NCBI GenBank assembly: GCA_049322915.1
Contig: JBMOPW010000016.1
Coordinates: 167,971-231,970 of the forward strand
DNA length: 64,000 nucleotides
From: Candidatus Zhuqueibacterota bacterium
GTDB lineage: Bacteria; Zhuqueibacterota; Zhuqueibacteria; Thermofontimicrobiales; Thermofontimicrobiaceae
Direction: 5' to 3'
Below are positions 59,281 through 64,000 of the stretch, piece after piece. Under the pieces are notes generated by a model that searched no databases, was not told the origin of the DNA, and saw only the letters and a list, made by a program, of their open reading frames with translations. The number at the start of each line of letters is the position of its first letter. The first letter of the stretch is position 1. Position numbers and translations under genes: made by a program.

Positions 59281-60990
59281 TTATTCAAATAAAATTGCCT
59301 TCACGATATTAAAAATTTTCAGCTTGTTCCGAAGAATGGGCCATTTAATCTCGGCCTCTTCGTTTATAGTGGCGATGCTGTCGCGATCCATATCCAGCCC
59401 CAGATCGCTCAATCGACTCAGGGCGGTTTGTTCGTCGTTGCCGACATAGAATTCGTCGATCGTGCGCATCAACTCCGTTGCCCTGTCGATTCGCGCGATG
59501 ATGTTGTTCAGCGTCTCCTGCGAAATGAGTCCGTGGTTGAATTTAATCTGCGAGAGCCGTTTCCCCGCTTCATAGCTGCTGGCGACGATTTGATCGCGCG
59601 CGAGCCATTGCGTTTCGTAGCTCAGAAAATATTTCCAGCTCGGTTTGAGGAGCGCCAGACGAAAATCTTCCAGCGTCCTGTAAAACAGGGTGTAGCCCAA
59701 TTTATCCGCATGTTCAAAGGCGATGCTGCCCGGATCGAGGAACGGCGCCAGGGGAGAAATGAACGGCGCCAATCGGTTACCGAAATCGGAGAGCAGGTGA
59801 TCGCAGTACTCCACCGTGTCCCTGACCGATTGGGGTGTTTGCAGCGGCAGTCCGATCATGAAAAAAATGTCATATTTTTTACAGCCGCGCTCCAGGGCCC
59901 ATCGGATATTATTTTCGATACCCTCATTGCTGAAGAATTTGCCGCTCTTTTTTCGCACTGCCGGGTCGTGGGATTCCGGAGAAAATTCGATGTTGAAATT
60001 GGAGACGCTGTCCGCCAGCATGTTGAAGAAATGCTCTGAGGCCGGCTCGAAAAATTCGAACACCATTTCGTTCCTGAGCCGCAGTGATTTCAGGCCAGCT
60101 AATACGCGTGCGGCATAGTCCTGGCCCGGTTGATTGATATCGCCAATGATGAAGATGGGGCCATTGGTGAATCGGCTGATCTGCCGCACATCCTCGACAA
60201 TCCGTTCTGCGTCCCGATACGATGGCAAGTCCCGATTGTTGTAAAATTTCATGGCATATTTTGAGCCGCCGCAAATGATGCAATTGTAGCGACAGCCGCG
60301 GCACGTCATCACAGCGGTGATAGGATAGCGCCACCAGTCGTGGATGGCTGTCATGCTCTTGGCGTCAAAATATTTCACGGCCATCTTGAACAGATTTTTG
60401 TAATTATTGGTGAAATTGTTCAGCGCGGCCGGCAGGTATTCGATGGGATTGGAACGAACCTCACTGCTCGAGTCCCGCCAGGTGAGGTTGGGAATGGAAG
60501 CGACATCGCTTTTCGCTTTGATGGCGCGCATCAACCGCAGCAGTGGTTCTTCCGTGGAATCGCCTTTGAGGATGAAATCGACCTGGGGATAGCGAATGAG
60601 CTCCTCGTGAAAATAGGTGGACGAGTAGCCGCCGAAAATCACCGGAATTTCAGGGTGGTACTGCTTGCAGATTCGTGCGATTTCGAGACTGCCCTGAGCA
60701 TGCACCAGCCAGTGCAGATCAATGCCGAACGCGGCCGGCCTGAGTCCGGCAATCATCTTTTCTGCGTCGAAATTTGCATCGTCCAGCATGCGAAAGGCAA
60801 GATTGATGATTCGAACGCCAACGCCGTTCTTCTCCAAATGCTCAGCCATTGAAGAAAATCCCACCGGGTACATCTCGAAAATGGGCGTCGACGGAACCAC
60901 ATCGCTGATTGGGCCGAGTAAGTTGGGGCGCTTTCGAAAATCGTAAATTGCCGGGGCATGAAGCAAAATTAAATCTGGCTTTTTAAACAT
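59281..60990 (-). CDS. B12-binding radical SAM protein (TIGR04190 / archaeal Grs-like)
   Basis: DLILLHAPAIYDFR...PSTPIFEMYPVG, GIDLHWLVHAQG, RGCRYNCIICGGS, SPESHD, FFMIGLP.QT, APFLDPGS. Confidence 0.8.
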   Translation of the reverse strand: MFKKPDLILLHAPAIYDFRKRPNLLGPISDVVPSTPIFEMYPVGFSSMAEHLEKNGVGVRIINLAFRMLDDANFDAEKMIAGLRPAAFGIDLHWLVHAQGSLEIARICKQYHPEIPVIFGGYSSTYFHEELIRYPQVDFILKGDSTEEPLLRLMRAIKAKSDVASIPNLTWRDSSSEVRSNPIEYLPAALNNFTNNYKNLFKMAVKYFDAKSMTAIHDWWRYPITAVMTCRGCRYNCIICGGSKYAMKFYNNRDLPSYRDAERIVEDVRQISRFTNGPIFIIGDINQPGQDYAARVLAGLKSLRLRNEMVFEFFEPASEHFFNMLADSVSNFNIEFSPESHDPAVRKKSGKFFSNEGIENNIRWALERGCKKYDIFFMIGLPLQTPQSVRDTVEYCDHLLSDFGNRLAPFISPLAPFLDPGSIAFEHADKLGYTLFYRTLEDFRLALLKPSWKYFLSYETQWLARDQIVASSYEAGKRLSQIKFNHGLISQETLNNIIARIDRATELMRTIDEFYVGNDEQTALSRLSDLGLDMDRDSIATINEEAEIKWPILRNKLKIFNIVKAILFE

Positions 60991-61014
60991 GGTACTTTCA
61001 CGGATCAAATATAA

Positions 61015-61245
61015 CTATTCGATTTTGTCGGGCAAAGCCAGCGTGTCCAATTCGCTCAAACGTTTATCCACCAGCCATTGAATCTGCTGGTTGAGTTTGT
61101 TTTCCAGGCGTAAACTCTCAATATCGCTTTTCAATTGCTTGCACGTCTGGTGAATCTCAACTTTGTCGATTGGACGCTGAAAATCGTCCGTGTTCCAGGA
61201 GTGAGTCACAGGACTCCCTGGTGTCGTGCGTCGGTGTCGTGGCAT
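61015..61245 (-). CDS. Small hypothetical protein (76 aa) with coiled-coil segment
   Basis: GAGGA RBS before ATG 61245; ends 25 nt before the radical SAM start. Confidence 0.55.
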   Translation of the reverse strand: MPRHRRTTPGSPVTHSWNTDDFQRPIDKVEIHQTCKQLKSDIESLRLENKLNQQIQWLVDKRLSELDTLALPDKIE

Positions 61246-61576
61246 GGAGTATCCTCGTGTTGTTTGAAAAAATAAAGGACTTAATATAGAATTCAAATTT
61301 GTTAAATACAAGGAGATTTTTGAAAAAAATATCTGCGCCGGGATGGGCAATACGGCTCGGTGAAACCGGGGATTCCAGCCCCACTGCAAACTCGGGCTGT
61401 CCGGGGAGTGTCGCCTGAAAAATGCGCCGACAGAATTTCAATTTGGTAAACGGGAAAGCAATGCCCCCATCGCGTATTTTCATGCGTCGAAAAGGGATGA
61501 TGGGAGAATTGGAGACCGCGGTGAGCGCCACTGCCCCGAACGCTCCCATAATCCCTTTGCGGCGGAGATGCCCCGG

Positions 61577-62059
61577 TCAGATCGGGGAAATGATCGGCTC
61601 GTCGACGAACATTTTGTTGAAGGCATGCATGGCCTGATTGAATTGATGCTCGGGCAAAATGCAGGTCATGCCCTCCTGCGTGGTCGTCAGCGAATCGAAA
61701 TCCACGTTGTATTCGCTGAATGCGCGCATGACATCGGAGACAAACGCGGAGAGGTTTTTGATACCTTCGCCTAAAATAAAAACAAGGGCCAGGTCTTTTT
61801 TGATAGTAACATCGCTTGCGCCAATTTCTTTTTTATGATGTTCCATGAGCTGAAAAGCTTCATCGGCCTGGTCTTTGGAAACCGTGAATGCAATTTCTCC
61901 GGTATCCGCTGAGAGGACGAGGTGACGGATGGTCAATATGTTGATCTGTCGATCTGCGAGAATATTCGTCATTTTTGCAAAAACGCCGGGTTTTTCAGGA
62001 ATGTTGTGGAGAATGATTTTCACGTAACTGCCGGTATGAAGAAACTGATATTTGTCCAT
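61577..62059 (-). CDS. Stand-alone tandem ACT-domain protein (aspartokinase beta-subunit-like)
   Basis: AAGGAGG RBS; NIPEKPGVFAKM...INI..I...EIAFTV, then a second ACT (LVFILGEGI). Confidence 0.8.
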   Translation of the reverse strand: MDKYQFLHTGSYVKIILHNIPEKPGVFAKMTNILADRQINILTIRHLVLSADTGEIAFTVSKDQADEAFQLMEHHKKEIGASDVTIKKDLALVFILGEGIKNLSAFVSDVMRAFSEYNVDFDSLTTTQEGMTCILPEHQFNQAMHAFNKMFVDEPIISPI

Positions 62060-62089
62060 TCAGGCCTCCTTGTAATTTTAGGTTGTCAA

Positions 62090-62157
62090 AATATAAAAAA
62101 AAGAAACATAGATTGCAAGAAAATTCTCTTGCATTTTAGGCAGTAATATGATAATAT
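62090..62157. promoter_or_regulatory. Back-to-back divergent sigma70 promoters
   Basis: Minus strand: TTGCAA-17-TATATT (62118-62090). Plus strand: TTGCAT-17-TAATAT (62129-62157). Confidence 0.5.
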
Positions 62158-62239
62158 TAAAACGACTTCTCGCCATTCCAGCGCAACACGATCCGGATGC
62201 GCTGCGAACACTGAACGATAATCCGAACAGGGAGCGCGG

Positions 62240-63220
62240 ATGACAAAAGAACCGATACAAAAAATTATCCGGCTGGATCAAATCGATTGGAGCGATCGCA
62301 GTTACATTTACGCCTTTGAACCGCCCATATCGGAAATGATCCAGTCCATCCGGCAGATTGGGCTACTGAATCCCCCGATCCTGGAGGAGACGATGCCGGA
62401 GACCTATCGCATCGTTTCCGGACTGCGCCGGATCATTGCGTTAGACCACCTGGGGCATCATGAATTTCCGGCGAAAATCTACAGCGAGGCCGGCCCCGGG
62501 CCGGATCTGAACCTGTTCTTGCTGAACCTCTATGACAACGCCGCGATCCGAAAATTTTCCATCGTCGAAAAGGCGCATATTCTGGATCGGCTCACTCGTC
62601 TTTTTCAGATGACCGGGCAGGAGATATATGAACGGATTTTTCCATTGCTGGAACTTGGCCGGAATCCACAGGTGCTGACGCGCTATTTGAAACTCGTCTC
62701 GGCAGATGACTCCCTGAAAGTGGCGCTGGTTGCCGATGAAATTTCCCCGGATACAGTGCTGCAACTTCTGGACTTGTCTCTTGATGATCGAAAAAATGTA
62801 TTTCAATTATTTCAGCAATTGAAGATTGGGAAGAACAACCAGAAGGAAGTGCTGCGATTATTGATCGATATTTCAAATAGGGATGAAATGCCCGTGAGCC
62901 GGATCATCGATCAGCCGGCTTTCGCGCGAATCATGACTGATGAAAAACTGACGCTGCCGGTGAAGGCGAATCTCGTCAAAGAATCGCTGAAAAAATTGCG
63001 CTATCCCCGGCTGAGCCAGGCAGAGATGCAGTTCGACCTTCTGAAAAAGAAGATGAAATTGCCGCCGACAATTCGTCTGAGTCCGCCGCCCTATTTTGAA
63101 GGGGACAAGTTTTCCGTAGAATTCAGTTTCAGGAACAAGAGCGAATTCGAGCGGGCGCTGAAAATTTTGAACAGCATGGCTGAGGAAAAAGAACTTGAAA
63201 CAATGCATCTGCTGGTTTGA
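62240..63220 (+). CDS. ParB/Srx N-terminal domain protein
   Basis: SIRQIGLLNPPIL...IVSGLRRI motif; no parA adjacent. Confidence 0.8.
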   Translation: MTKEPIQKIIRLDQIDWSDRSYIYAFEPPISEMIQSIRQIGLLNPPILEETMPETYRIVSGLRRIIALDHLGHHEFPAKIYSEAGPGPDLNLFLLNLYDNAAIRKFSIVEKAHILDRLTRLFQMTGQEIYERIFPLLELGRNPQVLTRYLKLVSADDSLKVALVADEISPDTVLQLLDLSLDDRKNVFQLFQQLKIGKNNQKEVLRLLIDISNRDEMPVSRIIDQPAFARIMTDEKLTLPVKANLVKESLKKLRYPRLSQAEMQFDLLKKKMKLPPTIRLSPPPYFEGDKFSVEFSFRNKSEFERALKILNSMAEEKELETMHLLV

Positions 63221-63223
63221 ACG

Positions 63224-64000
63224 ATGACCGCTGTGACCTATGATCCAATCTCGGTGTTTGTCGAGGAGAAGGTCGCGTCGCACCCGGTGACGCGACGCAT
63301 TCTTCAGAAATTGCCGCACCTCACTCCAACAGTGTTCGCCGATCTCTCCCGGTTTCTGATGACGCCGCAGCACCATGACCGGACGCTTGCCCCATCGCGA
63401 AAACCGCTGGTACTGGCATTTCAAAAAGCGCCGTTTTTGAAGCGCTGTCCCGGCACCATGAATTATATTTGCTGCGGCTACCAGATTCTGAATCTGGTCA
63501 ATAACTGTGAAATGAATTGCAGCTACTGCATTTTGCAGGGCTATCTCAGCAGTCCCTACATCATCGTGTATGTCAATATCGAGGATATGTTCGGGGAACT
63601 GGAGCGAAAGCTAGCCCGGAATCCCGGAAAAATCTATCGGATTGGCACCGGGGAATTGGCGGATAGTTTGAGCACAGACGCCCTGACGAATTACTCCAGC
63701 CAGTTGGTGACGTTTTTTTCGGACAAACCGAACGCAGTCATTGAGCTGAAGACAAAATCCACTGCCATCGAGAATTTCATTGGCCTGGCCCATGCTGGCC
63801 GGACCGTGGCGGCGTGGTCGCTGAATACGCCGAAGCTGATGGCTGCGGAAGAGTCGCTGGCGCCGACGCTGGACCAACGGTTGGCTGCGGCGCTGAAATG
63901 CCAGTCCGCCGGTTTCAGGCTGGCTTTCCATTTTGACCCTATGATGTATTATGACGCGTGGGAAACAGATTATCGCTCCGTGGTAGAGCGCTTGTTCTCG
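63224..64000 (+). CDS. Spore photoproduct lyase-like radical SAM protein (truncated by window end)
   Basis: Manual translation: MTAVTYDP...KRCPGTMNYICCGY...NCEMNCSYCILQGY...IGTGELADS...ELKTKS...AWSLNT...HFDPM. Confidence 0.85.
   Translation, partial: MTAVTYDPISVFVEEKVASHPVTRRILQKLPHLTPTVFADLSRFLMTPQHHDRTLAPSRKPLVLAFQKAPFLKRCPGTMNYICCGYQILNLVNNCEMNCSYCILQGYLSSPYIIVYVNIEDMFGELERKLARNPGKIYRIGTGELADSLSTDALTNYSSQLVTFFSDKPNAVIELKTKSTAIENFIGLAHAGRTVAAWSLNTPKLMAAEESLAPTLDQRLAAALKCQSAGFRLAFHFDPMMYYDAWETDYRSVVERLFS

Noticed and set aside
62114..62133. TGCAAGA-N6-TCTTGCA palindrome as an operator
   Set aside because: Fully explained by back-to-back -35 boxes of divergent promoters.

Overview
Bacterial chromosomal window, about 50% GC. 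The T9SS-type C-terminal domains, PorV, SusD-less TonB receptor loci and the sigma54-activator/lptE/TPR gene order point to an FCB-group anaerobe such as KSB1 or Calditrichota (inference). It holds about 42 CDSs. Housekeeping genes are uvrB, purD, a galE-like epimerase, lptE, apgM, menA and pepC. I found no rRNA, tRNA, CRISPR array or transposase. Highlights: (1) A putative cyanophycin-scavenging locus at 35.8-48.6 kb: RpiR regulator, M20 peptidase, secreted cyanophycinase, YfcC transporter, T9SS cargo, TonB-dependent receptor, surface protein and PorV, with no canonical isoaspartyl dipeptidase. (2) An AT-rich island at 17.4-21.7 kb, bounded by a 37-bp direct repeat, carrying tandem beta-propeller lipoprotein/T9SS-cargo cassettes. 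The lipoprotein genes have near-identical 5' ends, divergent bodies and a conserved uORF plus RBS-sequestering hairpin. (3) A TIGR04190/Grs-like B12 radical SAM gene next to menA. (4) A cNMP-domain/aspartase fusion. (5) An orphan HypD glycyl radical enzyme. (6) Two copies of a roughly 185-bp palindromic MITE/REP-like element, sigma54 promoters and several structured intergenic elements. All calls come from motif recognition by eye; no database searches were run.
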